Source: a virus. From it: 64,000 bases of DNA. A program made the position numbers and the translations under genes. The stretch lies in IMG/VR virus record IMGVR_UViG_3300023179_000044, positions 1 through 64,000 of that record. One strand, 5' to 3'. Numbering within the stretch: the stretch's first letter is position 1; every line of letters starts with the position of its first letter. Positions 20,301-30,651 of this stretch are shown here, piece after piece. The notes under the pieces were generated by a model that had not been told where the DNA came from, did no database searches, and saw nothing but the letters and a program-made list of their open reading frames with translations.

Positions 20301-20908
20301 AATGTATTATTAGTTGCAGCTGTAATTCTTACAGGAACCCCGCCATTATTAAAACTTGAATCATCATCTAAAGAAATAGTTACTAAATCTCCAACTATAA
20401 ATTCATGATTTTCAGAAGTTAAAATAGCAACATTTGTATCTCTTTCTTTTAATACAATAAGTACTGGCTCAGGAGAGTAAGATTTATATAATCCAACGTA
20501 ACTTCCAGATAATAAATCCTCGTCGTCTCCACCAAGATTACTACTTTCAATAAAAGTTCCAAGTAGAGCATGAGGTCCTATAACTCTAGAAACTGCTGGA
20601 GTGGAAATATTCCAATATCCAATTGTTCCAGAATATGCATTTATATCACCACGAACTACAACACTTGAAAATTCTGCACCACCATCTCCAGATATTCTCC
20701 AACCAGTGGCACCCTCAACATAGTTTTCTGTTTGAATGGTTCTATTAGATAAAATTAATTCTTCTGGCATAGAAGAATTAGTCACCGCCTGAGAAGCTAG
20801 CTCGGTTGTGATGTAATTCTGTCTAGCATTTAAATTACTAGCAGTTTGGTCCATTGAGCTTAATAATGAACCTAAATTATTATTTCTTCTAATTCTTGAA
20901 CTAGCCAC
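17309..20908 (-). CDS. tail fibre/spike with C-terminal peptidase S74 intramolecular chaperone
   Basis: N-terminal IQTENYVEGATGWRI (gpJ-like motif). C-terminal SSKRFKHQI...GFIAEDL...IQYS followed by a coiled coil. Confidence 0.85.
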   Translation of the reverse strand: MASSRIRRNNNLGSLLSSMDQTASNLNARQNYITTELASQAVTNSSMPEELILSNRTIQTENYVEGATGWRISGDGGAEFSSVVVRGDINAYSGTIGYWNISTPAVSRVIGPHALLGTFIESSNLGGDDEDLLSGSYVGLYKSYSPEPVLIVLKERDTNVAILTSENHEFIVGDLVTISLDDDSSFNNGGVPVRITAATNNTFSYDNIGSNVILESTVGYAQLYNSDVAGLYLTDYSKKEFDYGYFSNSGVAYVSAEDINIIQNPSFEYKSSSNVITYSNVSWSVGSGLAFNQYDFTASSNIYYNASTKYGANITWTSNVSTYFSGTLDYSAGKSYTLYVNNKNLYLGFKVYPTFSTPNTTVTRVDGEKIYGNLTSATSNATTVTYTGTGLPFEAGEVISVTGFSDSRCNVINSLITSANSTSITVLSNGTSGVSATSSTANNAEVGLLKITSSSHGISANDVVFLDFDAWYYDSNFGEILNYYLPHTIADGTSGYTYKVLSYGLTSGIFYVPSDFSSVDVGQYTLNSNSGRNKNVYKVYETALDLSSIRIRYPNNNTTPIYNVLSDITKAEWDSGTNKYLISKANSYMLGKLDTTVKVPSMSQTNEIVISANKLSTAYSLSDNSNYVNAAAVYIDFPGWLNLHDGNGVVSSPTTKLNNSGYILDDLYVSTTNMFFYGNSGSLYRWVATTNDSISYDPAQASVEGTKQWLSIDLTTQSAFLDNFDYLKFRPASFTKSLKEKPSIGVYDDVNRYITLSEQTPEVTTLSGGQYEYSLDNSYYKNISSAYKTIVGERSSSFEISALSRNISISSGNESSRKGAFIGGVYDSLANQTKLYLSSDTFSWNSSTSYPTNEAFSSVLFNSSAASFYIPVRFYNNISVKGTLYSSSSILTSKGNIRTSEGDIYTFKGDIYTSNGTVTANTIRLTSQTDVSTISTAHAFQIGSSDSNNLRMDSNEIQAINNGSASTLYLNTSGANVSIGNTTSVVSASILRVTSNTGMTLTSTNHAFQVGNTGQVHLRIDTNDIQGVTAANNGNDIYINRLGGDVNIANTANSNIIIGNTTSSSVISLGVYNSSVSGRDVFVNSSGVIGYNSASSKRFKHQITPLNLDVEKILTIQPVIFKYNSGILHETENQDSIHVGFIAEDLDEAGLTNFVGYDENGVPESIQYSRYVIALQAVVRDQAQKINDLKNRVSLLEGK

Positions 20909-23900
20909 TTTTATCTATTTGCCATTCTGGTACTAAATTGACAGTAATTTCTTCAGGAAAAGCCGGAGAATTAGGAACTTTTACGTTAATTGATTCTATT
21001 TTTCTTAAAATTACATTTTTACGTGGTTCTAAATTACTTGCTAGTCTTTCCTTAACGAAGTCATCATTAATAATTAATTGACACCAATCACCAGGATCAT
21101 AGCTACCAACTACTGGATCAAGCGAGCCATTTATGACAATGGAATATTCTCCCATAGGTGGTCTAGATTCTTTTAAGAATCTTTCAGCAGTATTGTGTAA
21201 ATCTTCTTCTATGTCATAATTTCCCCAGTTATCGACATTTATCTGGTCAGCAGTCGGTACGGCCCACTCAACTTTAGAACTTCCATCTAAAACAGGCCAC
21301 CCATCTAGAAGCAGTTCCGAGTCAAACGCTGCTGAGTACCTTGGAGCTGAACCAGAACCAGAACCTTTTGTATCGGCTTGAATAAAAATTCTTGTTGCAG
21401 CGTTTTCAGCGTTTTCTTGAAGAGTCACACTACTTATATTTCCAGGGTATTCAAAAATTAATTTATCTGCACCAAATGCACTTGGAGGAGCATATTCTCC
21501 TGGTGATAGGGGATTATTTTCTAAATATTCTGTTAGAGATTCAGGCTTTCTAGGAATAAAAACAAATGTTCTTTTAAACTGGCTAACTCCATTAACTGTT
21601 TGAATAGACGAATCTATTCTGTATTCAAACCCATTTAAACCATTTGAATATTTATCTATATGATCCCCAACATTCGTTAAATTTCCACCAAGAATTGAAT
21701 TATTTATAATTCTAAGATTGCTATAGTCTTCAGTAGAAAAACTAATTCCTCCTAAATTAGAGTATTTACTCAGTGGACCATAACTATTAATTATAGTCAC
21801 AGGGGGTCTAGTTATTGATGCAGATTTAGTTATAACTGATAAGCTGGGAAGATTTGAAAGACTTAAAGTAGCAGTAGCGGCAGTAGTTGAATATCTAAAC
21901 TTATTCGAATTTATAACCTCTGAAACTTGAACAGGAGTATTATCAGGAGAAAATTGTTCAGATTTTTTATTAATAAATACTGTAATCCAATCGCCTTCCA
22001 ATAATCCATGATTTGCGCAGGTAATTTCTCTAGTTTCAGATCCATTTGTGCAGTTAGCCATAGTTGGATAAAGTGCAGTTCCATAATTTGTGTAACTCAA
22101 ACAAACTTTTCCAGTAGTTGCAGTTTCATTTACAGGAGCTCCGTCACTTTCATAACTAAATTTAGTAGAAGACAGAACATCCGTAATTTTTACAGGTTCA
22201 TCATTATTATTAAAAGTACTATCACTTGAATCAATTAAAACATAATCATCTTCAAAAAAACCATGAGCTGAACTAGTAGTTATAGTTGCAGTCTTTTTTA
22301 CTCTTTTCCTACTAGTTATTGTTTTAAAATTCTTACTCACTGAACTACAAACAGACTTTGTTTTTGTAACAGTTCCAGAAATTTCTTGAAAAGTTATATT
22401 TTTATTCCCCTGAGTATCAGGAGTATAAGTAAATGTTTTTTCACTTATAATTGAATTTATTGTTGCAAATCCACCTAATTTACTATCTTTTATAGAAACA
22501 TTTATTGTGTCGCCAACACCCAGCTGATGAGCACCAGATGTTGTTATATAGACTTTATTAACTAGTACTCCGTCTTTATTCTTAAGAACATATTTATAAT
22601 AAGCAATTGCTATTTCACTACCCGGTTCAACGCTCATATCATATAGGGGTGCATATTGAACCCATGTTGGAGTATCCCCTTTTTCAACGTCAGTTAATGT
22701 ATGGTAGCCATCATATAGTGGTTCATTCCATCTTTTTTCATCTACTCCACTAACTCTAACGTAGTCAGTTGCAACAAAATCATGAGAGTATCCGGGATAG
22801 ATATCTAACTCTATCCTTCTTCTAGGAACAGAATAATTAACGGTAGAATTTTTTAAAGTAACTCCATTATTTGCTAAATCAGGAACAAACAATGAATAGC
22901 TAAATGTTGTTCTTGTTGGAGTGGCAGTAACCAATATCCCCGCGCCTTCAGCTCCTCCAGTTCCAATATTTAAAACATTAGATTTTACAACAGTACCATT
23001 TGCATATTTGTAAATTTGTTTTGCTTTTTCGGCTTTCATAATCACAACATCACCAACTTTTAAGTAGTGAGGTTTTTCAGTGACTACGGTTACTATGTCA
23101 TTTTTTGCAAAAACTTTAGTAACTTTTTTTGATTTAGTTTCGGAAATTCTTCTAGTTTTTATTGGATATGTTTTATTAGAAAGTGGTGTATCATTTATTG
23201 ATATCGATGCTAAAATTACTTTTCCATTTGTAGCTGCATTAGATAAATTTCCAGTATTATAACTATAAAGAAATACGTGGGTTACATTAGCACTATAAAC
23301 AAGTACATTTGACTCATTTAAGGTTTTTCTACCACTAGTAGTGACATTTGATACATTTACATAATCTCCAGCTGCAAACTTATGATCCGGCACTCTGAGA
23401 GTTACTAAAGCTACACCAGGTAAAGATACTAGATTTGCACGAGTTGAGTGAGTAATAGACGCATTTACTAAACTAGTATCAAAATTAAATCTATAAGTAG
23501 TATCACTCGGAATATCTGTTACATAATATGATTCATTTTCACTAATATCATTATTTAAAATATCACGAACACCAGAAAGCTGAACAGACTGTCCAACAAC
23601 CAATCCATGGGGCTCGACGGTGGTTACAGTTGCAATATTATTTGATATTTGATAATAAGATGTTTCAAAACCTTTTGTAATTCCTGGTTCAACTAAAGTA
23701 TCAGCAAATTCTATAGACGAAAAATCACTAAATGTTTCAGTTATTAATTTTCTAACGTATTCATATGTATCAACTTTAGAAGTCACCGTTACTTGAGAAT
23801 AATAACTTTTTGGTCTTGGAGGTAAGTTTGGAATATCTATGTAAAAAAATGCTTCAACTCCACCAGCTTTTACCTGCGTCCCCGGGGCTGGATAGGACAA

Positions 23901-24443
23901 TACATCATAATAATTATTATAATACCCGCCAATACCAATTTCACCAAATGATATTTTTAAAGATAATCTTTTTCCATTATTATCTAGTATTTTTTCAGGA
24001 AAAATAGTACTTCTATCTGGAATAACTATTTTAACTTTACTATCAATTGTTTCTTTGTATGCTACTGCACTTAAATCATAGTTAAAAGTTTTCCAAATAT
24101 ATCTATGATGTAAGTAGCTAGTAAACTCTGAAGCATTTATTTTTATACTTCTGTCAATTAATGTATAGTCTCTAGACCAAATTATCCCACCCCATATGCA
24201 AATATTATTTCTAGTTACATATATTGCGGTTTTTCCTGGCATCGTATTTTCATATAAATTTAAATTTTTTGTATCGGGAGCTACATATATTGTCCCTGAA
24301 AAAGAACCAGCGCTTTTTAATGCTCTTTCAAAACTTACATCAGAAAAAGGAATTTCAGCAAGAATTTGGTTAGTTACAATATTTACAGCAAAATACCTAT
24401 AGGTAGCAACCTTTGAAGAGAAATCATTAGTAATAATTGGCAT
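20901..24443 (-). CDS. minor tail protein (baseplate hub/Tal-like) with about 7 inserted beta-repeat modules
   Basis: LAEIPF..VSF...L..AGSFSG...IWGGIIW N-terminus; FEYPGNI...YDPGD C-terminus. Located after Dit. Confidence 0.8.
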   Translation of the reverse strand: MPIITNDFSSKVATYRYFAVNIVTNQILAEIPFSDVSFERALKSAGSFSGTIYVAPDTKNLNLYENTMPGKTAIYVTRNNICIWGGIIWSRDYTLIDRSIKINASEFTSYLHHRYIWKTFNYDLSAVAYKETIDSKVKIVIPDRSTIFPEKILDNNGKRLSLKISFGEIGIGGYYNNYYDVLSYPAPGTQVKAGGVEAFFYIDIPNLPPRPKSYYSQVTVTSKVDTYEYVRKLITETFSDFSSIEFADTLVEPGITKGFETSYYQISNNIATVTTVEPHGLVVGQSVQLSGVRDILNNDISENESYYVTDIPSDTTYRFNFDTSLVNASITHSTRANLVSLPGVALVTLRVPDHKFAAGDYVNVSNVTTSGRKTLNESNVLVYSANVTHVFLYSYNTGNLSNAATNGKVILASISINDTPLSNKTYPIKTRRISETKSKKVTKVFAKNDIVTVVTEKPHYLKVGDVVIMKAEKAKQIYKYANGTVVKSNVLNIGTGGAEGAGILVTATPTRTTFSYSLFVPDLANNGVTLKNSTVNYSVPRRRIELDIYPGYSHDFVATDYVRVSGVDEKRWNEPLYDGYHTLTDVEKGDTPTWVQYAPLYDMSVEPGSEIAIAYYKYVLKNKDGVLVNKVYITTSGAHQLGVGDTINVSIKDSKLGGFATINSIISEKTFTYTPDTQGNKNITFQEISGTVTKTKSVCSSVSKNFKTITSRKRVKKTATITTSSAHGFFEDDYVLIDSSDSTFNNNDEPVKITDVLSSTKFSYESDGAPVNETATTGKVCLSYTNYGTALYPTMANCTNGSETREITCANHGLLEGDWITVFINKKSEQFSPDNTPVQVSEVINSNKFRYSTTAATATLSLSNLPSLSVITKSASITRPPVTIINSYGPLSKYSNLGGISFSTEDYSNLRIINNSILGGNLTNVGDHIDKYSNGLNGFEYRIDSSIQTVNGVSQFKRTFVFIPRKPESLTEYLENNPLSPGEYAPPSAFGADKLIFEYPGNISSVTLQENAENAATRIFIQADTKGSGSGSAPRYSAAFDSELLLDGWPVLDGSSKVEWAVPTADQINVDNWGNYDIEEDLHNTAERFLKESRPPMGEYSIVINGSLDPVVGSYDPGDWCQLIINDDFVKERLASNLEPRKNVILRKIESINVKVPNSPAFPEEITVNLVPEWQIDKSG

Positions 24444-24481
24444 TGTCTAACCTTATGTCCAAGCGTCTTTATATACCTATT

Positions 24482-26164
24482 TTAACCTATCCAGCCAGAA
24501 CGGTATTTGATTGTAATTACATTACTTCCAGACCCATTAACGCTAGAAAAAGATATTGTATTTTGACCAGAAGAAAGGGTTGTCCAATCAACCAGTGCAT
24601 CAATATATGATCTTGCATAGTTAGAAGAGCCATTTAAAAGAGCTGTTTTATTATATGTATCCACTTGTAATGTGTCAGGAGAGTTCAGTTTAATATCTCC
24701 ATTTGTAGTATCTGATGCCCAGGTGTTGCTGGTAGAGCTGGTATATGTAATAGTTGTACTAGTAGTGTCCGTAATTTTCACTTGATCATCATTATTTAAA
24801 GATGTTTTTCCACTTGTACTCACATTGGCAATGTTTATAATATCACCAACTAAAAAACTATGCTCAGCTACAGTAAGAACTACAGTGTAGTCAGTTTTAG
24901 CTGAATTTGTAATATTTACAGAGTAATTTAATCCTCTTAAATTTTTAATAATTTTTAAACTTTTAGTTTGACTAGTATTATTTACATATATAGGAGCAGT
25001 TAAATTTGCAGTATTATTGGCACTAATAGTAAAAACTATAGGAACATCAGTATCACCTTCATTATTTAACGATCCGCTAGATCCATTACTTATAGTTGTT
25101 ACTACATAACCATCAGAATTTTCCCAATTCCATTTATATTTAACCGGATTAGCTGCCCTTAATCCAATAGAAAAATCAATTCTTCCTCTTGCTTTAGTAT
25201 TAGAAATTTCCGGTTTACCGCTAAGTCTTACATAAGCTGCCTTTGTTGGTGATTCATCAACTAAGAGCCACCCGCCTTTATGAATTAAATTAATAGCTTT
25301 TATAAGTTTTGTTCTAGCAGCAACCGCAGCCTCTGGATTAGGAGCTAAAAGTGATCCAGTAAAAGATAAATTTCTATTAGTATATCTACCACGAACATCA
25401 TACGATCCATCATCTAATCCACGAGTTAAATTAGGAACTTCTGAATCCGGAAGTGTCCACCATCCATTTATATCAGTACAAACCCAAACAACATTATTTT
25501 CATCAATAGTATTAAAAACAATGTCATTTAGCATAATTCCAGCATTAAGCTGCATACCAGTAATACGAGGAATTGGTACAGGACTAAGGGATAAATTTAC
25601 TTTTTGATTTTCTTCAGCTTGAGTTAGTTCTTCAATATACTGAGTAACATAAGCAGAATTTTCTAATTTTACAGCGTCAACAAAATAATAATTTCCTATA
25701 GTTTTATTTCCGGAATTTTGAAAAACAACTACATCAGCATACACAGAGTTTGATGGTGCAGTTTTGTTTTCTAATTTTAACCTAACCCAGCCGTCGGAAG
25801 ACGAAATAGAAGTAATTGAACTAGAAGAGTCCGAACTTAATAAGGAACCAGAAGAATTATAATACCTAATTGAAAGTTTGGCTTCTACTGATTCTTGTCC
25901 AGTTGGAACTTTAATGTAAGCTGAGGCGCTATAGATATTAGACGCAACTACCGAAGCCCTGCGGCCAGAAGTAGTTGTAATTCCAGAATCAGTCGATGTA
26001 GAAGTTTTTGTTATTTTAGCGCAAGAACTGCCGATATATGCAGTTGAATTATCCCAAGTTACTGTACCAGAAAGATAGGACTCCCAACCGTCAATACTTG
26101 ATGTTCCACCAATTTTATAGATAAATGAAGAATTATAAGGAATTAAATTATTTCTAATTGACAT
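24482..26164 (-). CDS. distal tail (Dit)-like protein with N-terminal carbohydrate-binding-like module
   Basis: Directly follows tape measure. YSASAYIK...WVRL...FVDAVKLE CBM-like N-terminus; DING WW...DG...R...G...A-x-P Dit core; C-terminal YRSGW. Confidence 0.78.
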   Translation of the reverse strand: MSIRNNLIPYNSSFIYKIGGTSSIDGWESYLSGTVTWDNSTAYIGSSCAKITKTSTSTDSGITTTSGRRASVVASNIYSASAYIKVPTGQESVEAKLSIRYYNSSGSLLSSDSSSSITSISSSDGWVRLKLENKTAPSNSVYADVVVFQNSGNKTIGNYYFVDAVKLENSAYVTQYIEELTQAEENQKVNLSLSPVPIPRITGMQLNAGIMLNDIVFNTIDENNVVWVCTDINGWWTLPDSEVPNLTRGLDDGSYDVRGRYTNRNLSFTGSLLAPNPEAAVAARTKLIKAINLIHKGGWLLVDESPTKAAYVRLSGKPEISNTKARGRIDFSIGLRAANPVKYKWNWENSDGYVVTTISNGSSGSLNNEGDTDVPIVFTISANNTANLTAPIYVNNTSQTKSLKIIKNLRGLNYSVNITNSAKTDYTVVLTVAEHSFLVGDIINIANVSTSGKTSLNNDDQVKITDTTSTTITYTSSTSNTWASDTTNGDIKLNSPDTLQVDTYNKTALLNGSSNYARSYIDALVDWTTLSSGQNTISFSSVNGSGSNVITIKYRSGWIG

Positions 26165-26167
26165 TTT

Positions 26168-29100
26168 TTATGCACCACGTCTCATAGAAAAAGCTAACCT
26201 ACGTGAAACTTCCTGAGCTATTTCAATTTCGTCCGCTTGAGGAGACGGGTTAACAATAATAGTTACTGGACTTCCCGAGATACTTGCTCCACTATTAATA
26301 GCTTCAAGTAGTCCCAAATTATTTCTAGTTGCACCGGCATTTACTACAAATTCTCCATTTGATAGCATGGCAGGAATTCTGTCACTTGTAGGTCCCCCCG
26401 GGCCATAAACCATACCACCAGGAGCAAATCTTTTTATAGAACCAACTAGCCCTCCCTGAGCCATCCCATCGGTATCTACAACAATATTTCCTTTTCCATC
26501 ACTCTTAAAAGTCAATTTAATATTGTCTAAATTATCAATTAATTGATCTCTTAATTCTTCAATATTTCCATCTTTCCATGCAGCTTCTATATTCACACCA
26601 GTAGCCAAATCTTTTTGAGTTCCAAGTCTTCTTGCTTCTGCAATTAGAGCATCAAAACTTACGCCAAACTGATTTGCAGCTAATCCAATATCCAAAGCAC
26701 CACTTTGTAAATCATTAACCGTTTTGGCACCAAAACTACCTAAGCTTGCAAGTTTTCCAGAACTGCTAAGAATATTTATCAATGCTTGCGGGTCTGTTAA
26801 AGCTGAAGCTAAAAATCCAGCATCCTTTTGAGCTTTTATAAGCTGAGATTGACTTTCAACATATTTCTTTACAGCTTCTTGATTTACTGTTGCTATTCCA
26901 TTTTTTGTAGTAACAAGAGATTTTACCAATGCCATTCCATCTTTACCCATAGAAACAAGATCTCTATATAAATGTCCAGATATGTTTCCAGATAAAGCTC
27001 GTAAATTTGTCATCCAATTTTTTAAGTCTTCGGTTTGATTTTTTAAATCTTCTTTATACTTAGTAAAACTGAATCCCACTGTTTTATTTGCATTATAGAC
27101 AGTGTCTTTATATTTTTTAATATCTTCAATATTTTGTTGAAGTGGACCTTTAACATCAATAAAAGATTTAATTGCATTTGTTAGAGTTTTATTAAACCTT
27201 TCTCTAGCTATAGCAGCTAATCTTACGCTGTAACTTCCTTGAGCAAGCGCGTAATCCAGAGCTTTCTGAGAATTTATAGATCCATCAGTATTTTTAATTG
27301 TATCGCCCATTGCTTTAGCATGTTTTTCTAAAACATCTGTATATTCTTTATTAGCTAAAATGCGATCCATTGTTGTTTCTTTATCTAGTCCACCAACGAG
27401 AACTAAATTTCTAGTTTCTCTTTGCAGAGTTTTAAGACTCTTAGACCCTAATTTAGATATAGAAGTAAGATATTCATCTAGAGCAAGTTTTGCTTCTTCC
27501 GCAGCTTTTGTTTGCATATTTATATACTTCGCCGGGTCATCAGCGCCAGTAGCAGCTGCAACTACTACACTTATCCAGTCCGTTTCAGTTTCTTTTAAAT
27601 TTTTATTAAGATTTTTAATATCTTTTATATGCTCTTTAAGATTAGGGTCAATATTAGCAATTGCAGCATCCCAGGCGCTTTGAGCAGTGGAAACTCCTAA
27701 AGTTGCTTTTTCATGCTCTTTTAGAGATTTAGTAATATTCTTTACAGCATCATCATACTTTGCTTTTTTATGAGCATCAATTGCACTAACAATAGCCCAT
27801 ATACCTAAAGCAACTGCTCCAAGTGCAAGAACAATTAGAGTTAAAGGCCATATTGCAGCATTTATTGTTGCGGCAAGTCCTCCCACTGCTGGTATTGCTG
27901 CAGTAGAACTCTCAGCAAGAAGAACGTTTCCTGCCGCATCAGCTGACTTTGCAGTAGCTGACATATATCCTCTAGCTACAGAAACCGCAAGCTCTTTATT
28001 TTGAGCAGCAGAAATAGGTATTCCGGCAGCCATAGCAAGATTTTTTTGCCTTTCTACGGCTATTTGAGCCATTTGCATTGCTGTGTAGACTTTTCCAACT
28101 ACAATCATCGCTACCCAAGCTTTTCGGAAAATCATAATTGTTCCCCAAGTTAGCATCATAACTTTTTTAAGAATCAACATTGATGCAATCAAACCACCAA
28201 AAGTACCTACTACTTGACCAATTATTTTAAGTAATGGCTTAATTTCCTCTATCATTGAAGCAATTTGTTTTAAAAGACCAGTTACTACAGACATATAAGC
28301 TGCCAGCTGACCTTCGTCTGCAAATGAAGCAACTACTTCAACAAATGCTACTATCATTTCTGCTAATTGCTGACTAGCAGACCCCATTGCAATAAATATT
28401 TCATTTAGTGGGCCATCTAATTGACTAAGAGTTGCCCAAAATTGAGCAATACCGGGATCCATTGCTAAATTTTTCATAAAGCTAAAAATACTGCCAATAG
28501 ACTGGCCTATAGCTATAAAGTTTTTAGAAGCCTCTAAAAAGTAATTTTTACGTGCAAAGTCTGCTGCAGCCCCGTCTAAACCTTTAAAACCTACAGTACC
28601 CTTATTCATCCAATCAAGAAGAAGCTGACCACCCGTTCCAGGACCAACGTTTGCCTGTATAAGTAATTGAAATCTTTTAAATAGATTTCCTAAAATATGC
28701 CCCCAGCCTGCCGCTGCATCTCCAGCATCTTTAAAAAATTCCATAACATTTGCAAAATTCTTTGAAAGACCATCTGCCCAGCCTGAACTTTTTTTATCTA
28801 AAAATGCTGTAAATCTTTTTATTAGCGGGTCTATTGCTTTCATTAATGTTAAAAAAGAAGCAAAAACATTTCCTAAAATTCTACCAAACATTCCAGTTGT
28901 TTGAGAAGTACTTTTAAATAGCTCACTTAAGTTTTGTTTATTTTTTGGATCAAATAAAGTTCCAATAAATGATTGACTTGCAGATGCTAAGCCTTTGCTT
29001 ACTTCTGCAAATCCATCAACAACAACTTTAAATACTCCACTGCTAATTAATTTTTGAATTTGTTGCTGTAGAACCGGCAAGAAACTGCTGGCAGCTGCTT

Positions 29101-29869
29101 CTTTTAGATCTTTTAGCTTAGGAACAACAGTTCTTAAGTACATAGCAAATTGCCGTTGAGTTTTAGTTAGTTCACTAAATGGATCTTTTTTAGCAAGCTT
29201 ATCCATCTCATTGCCCATATCTTCAGCTTTATCTTTAGCTTGACGATATGCTAAGTCTGCTTGACGATATGCTAATTCAGCTTCTCTTCTGGCCATGGAG
29301 TTTGGAGGCAACTGCTGAGCAGCCAATAAATTTTCTCTAGCTTTTTCTAGATTTAATCCAGCCTCAATTTCAGCTAAAGCTGCTGCTTCCATAGCAAATT
29401 TTAAATTTTCTACTTCTTCTCTTAAATTTTTAAAAGCATCAACACTTTTGCCTGTAGTTGCTTTAACTGCTTGTGCTATACCACTAAAAGCTTGCTTAGC
29501 AACTAAAGTAGCAATCTTTAGCTGGGCCATTACCCCAATTAAAACAACTCCAGACTCTGCAGCACCAGCCAAGTTTCCTATCATGGCAAAAAGACCATTC
29601 ACTAATGCAGATACGGATTGAATTAAAGATGAAATCGCGGCTTGAAATTTATAACTATTTCTAATACCTCGGTGAAATTCTCTAGCTAAAGCTTCCGATT
29701 CTTTACTAAATTTTCCTATAGCTCTAGAACCTTTACCAATTCCTTTTTCTATAGCTTCACCAACTAAATTTGCGTCAGTATCAACTCCATTAAAAGCTCT
29801 TTTAATATCATCTTTTACTTTTGTAGTTACAGCTCTAACTAAAATATGAGCTTCGCCGACTAGTGCCAC
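26168..29869 (-). CDS. tape measure protein
   Basis: 1,233-aa helical Ala-rich protein, starting MALVGEAHI, with hydrophobic segments and C-terminal FAPGG..GPGGPTSDRIPAMLSNGEFVV. Follows the chaperone pair. Confidence 0.92.
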   Translation of the reverse strand: MALVGEAHILVRAVTTKVKDDIKRAFNGVDTDANLVGEAIEKGIGKGSRAIGKFSKESEALAREFHRGIRNSYKFQAAISSLIQSVSALVNGLFAMIGNLAGAAESGVVLIGVMAQLKIATLVAKQAFSGIAQAVKATTGKSVDAFKNLREEVENLKFAMEAAALAEIEAGLNLEKARENLLAAQQLPPNSMARREAELAYRQADLAYRQAKDKAEDMGNEMDKLAKKDPFSELTKTQRQFAMYLRTVVPKLKDLKEAAASSFLPVLQQQIQKLISSGVFKVVVDGFAEVSKGLASASQSFIGTLFDPKNKQNLSELFKSTSQTTGMFGRILGNVFASFLTLMKAIDPLIKRFTAFLDKKSSGWADGLSKNFANVMEFFKDAGDAAAGWGHILGNLFKRFQLLIQANVGPGTGGQLLLDWMNKGTVGFKGLDGAAADFARKNYFLEASKNFIAIGQSIGSIFSFMKNLAMDPGIAQFWATLSQLDGPLNEIFIAMGSASQQLAEMIVAFVEVVASFADEGQLAAYMSVVTGLLKQIASMIEEIKPLLKIIGQVVGTFGGLIASMLILKKVMMLTWGTIMIFRKAWVAMIVVGKVYTAMQMAQIAVERQKNLAMAAGIPISAAQNKELAVSVARGYMSATAKSADAAGNVLLAESSTAAIPAVGGLAATINAAIWPLTLIVLALGAVALGIWAIVSAIDAHKKAKYDDAVKNITKSLKEHEKATLGVSTAQSAWDAAIANIDPNLKEHIKDIKNLNKNLKETETDWISVVVAAATGADDPAKYINMQTKAAEEAKLALDEYLTSISKLGSKSLKTLQRETRNLVLVGGLDKETTMDRILANKEYTDVLEKHAKAMGDTIKNTDGSINSQKALDYALAQGSYSVRLAAIARERFNKTLTNAIKSFIDVKGPLQQNIEDIKKYKDTVYNANKTVGFSFTKYKEDLKNQTEDLKNWMTNLRALSGNISGHLYRDLVSMGKDGMALVKSLVTTKNGIATVNQEAVKKYVESQSQLIKAQKDAGFLASALTDPQALINILSSSGKLASLGSFGAKTVNDLQSGALDIGLAANQFGVSFDALIAEARRLGTQKDLATGVNIEAAWKDGNIEELRDQLIDNLDNIKLTFKSDGKGNIVVDTDGMAQGGLVGSIKRFAPGGMVYGPGGPTSDRIPAMLSNGEFVVNAGATRNNLGLLEAINSGASISGSPVTIIVNPSPQADEIEIAQEVSRRLAFSMRRGA

Positions 29870-29880
29870 TCTTCACCTCC

Positions 29881-30243
29881 TTAAGACAGCGGGGAATCTA
29901 AAATATCTCCAAATGGAAGAGAGCTACTCTCATCTATTGGAGTTGGCGGAATATATGGTTTTGAAATAGATCCATCTGAATTATCTGCACGAGAATTTGA
30001 ATGATCAAGCCTATAGTTATAAGTTTGATTATATAGTTGTTCAAAAATATGAATTCTACGAGCTTCTACCATTTGCATTTGTTCCATGGTGCTGTAGTTC
30101 ATATCTTCTTCATAGTAATAATGGATAACATCTAACATGTCTGGTAAATCCATCTCTGGTAGATGTATTCCATTTACTAGTGCCTTTCCATTTACATACG
30201 GCCAGAGGTCAACCGCCCAGACTGCTAAGCCTCTGGCTGCTGA
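29881..30243 (-). CDS. tail assembly chaperone, -1 frameshift extension (gpT-like)
   Basis: The frame of the listed 29881..30153 ORF is open back to 30252 and overlaps the end of the gpG-like gene at the slippery site. Confidence 0.85.
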   Translation of the reverse strand, partial: SAARGLAVWAVDLWPYVNGKALVNGIHLPEMDLPDMLDVIHYYYEEDMNYSTMEQMQMVEARRIHIFEQLYNQTYNYRLDHSNSRADNSDGSISKPYIPPTPIDESSSLPFGDILDSPLS

Positions 30244-30563
30244 TTTGGGCGTTTACTGTATTCCTCAATGAGCCAACCAATGATTTCACTAAGAGTCTCA
30301 ACGCTAACAATTTTTTCTTTATCTTCTAGAAGAAGATCAAAACGCTTATAACTTTCATCATCTAGAACACGAGTAAAAAATGTTCTAGTTACTTTTGCAG
30401 AATCTCCTGCATTTTCAGAGTTTGCAAGTTCAACAAACTCAAGAAGAACTTTACCCTGCAGCTGAGGCAGACAGTTAAATTCTTCTCCATGTAGTTTAAA
30501 TGAAATAGGATCTTTACTAGCTTGTGATTGCTTACCAGTACCAAAATCTTTAAAACGTGTCAT
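30225..30563 (-). CDS. tail assembly chaperone (gpG-like)
   Basis: Position before tape measure, C-terminal WLIEEYSKRP and slippery site. RBS AAGGA. Confidence 0.88.
   Translation of the reverse strand: MTRFKDFGTGKQSQASKDPISFKLHGEEFNCLPQLQGKVLLEFVELANSENAGDSAKVTRTFFTRVLDDESYKRFDLLLEDKEKIVSVETLSEIIGWLIEEYSKRPNQQPEA
30243..30249 (-). promoter_or_regulatory. programmed -1 ribosomal frameshift heptamer C CCA AAT
   Basis: X XXY YYZ in the correct phase. It lies between a -1-frame TAA (30255-53) and the 0-frame TAG (30227-25). Confidence 0.88.
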
Positions 30564-30651
30564 TTTTAGTTTTCCTTATTTTTCTATGAGTCATTTTTAA
30601 TAGCTTTTTGCTATCAAGTTAAATTATACCAAAGCAGTATATTAGTGAGTC

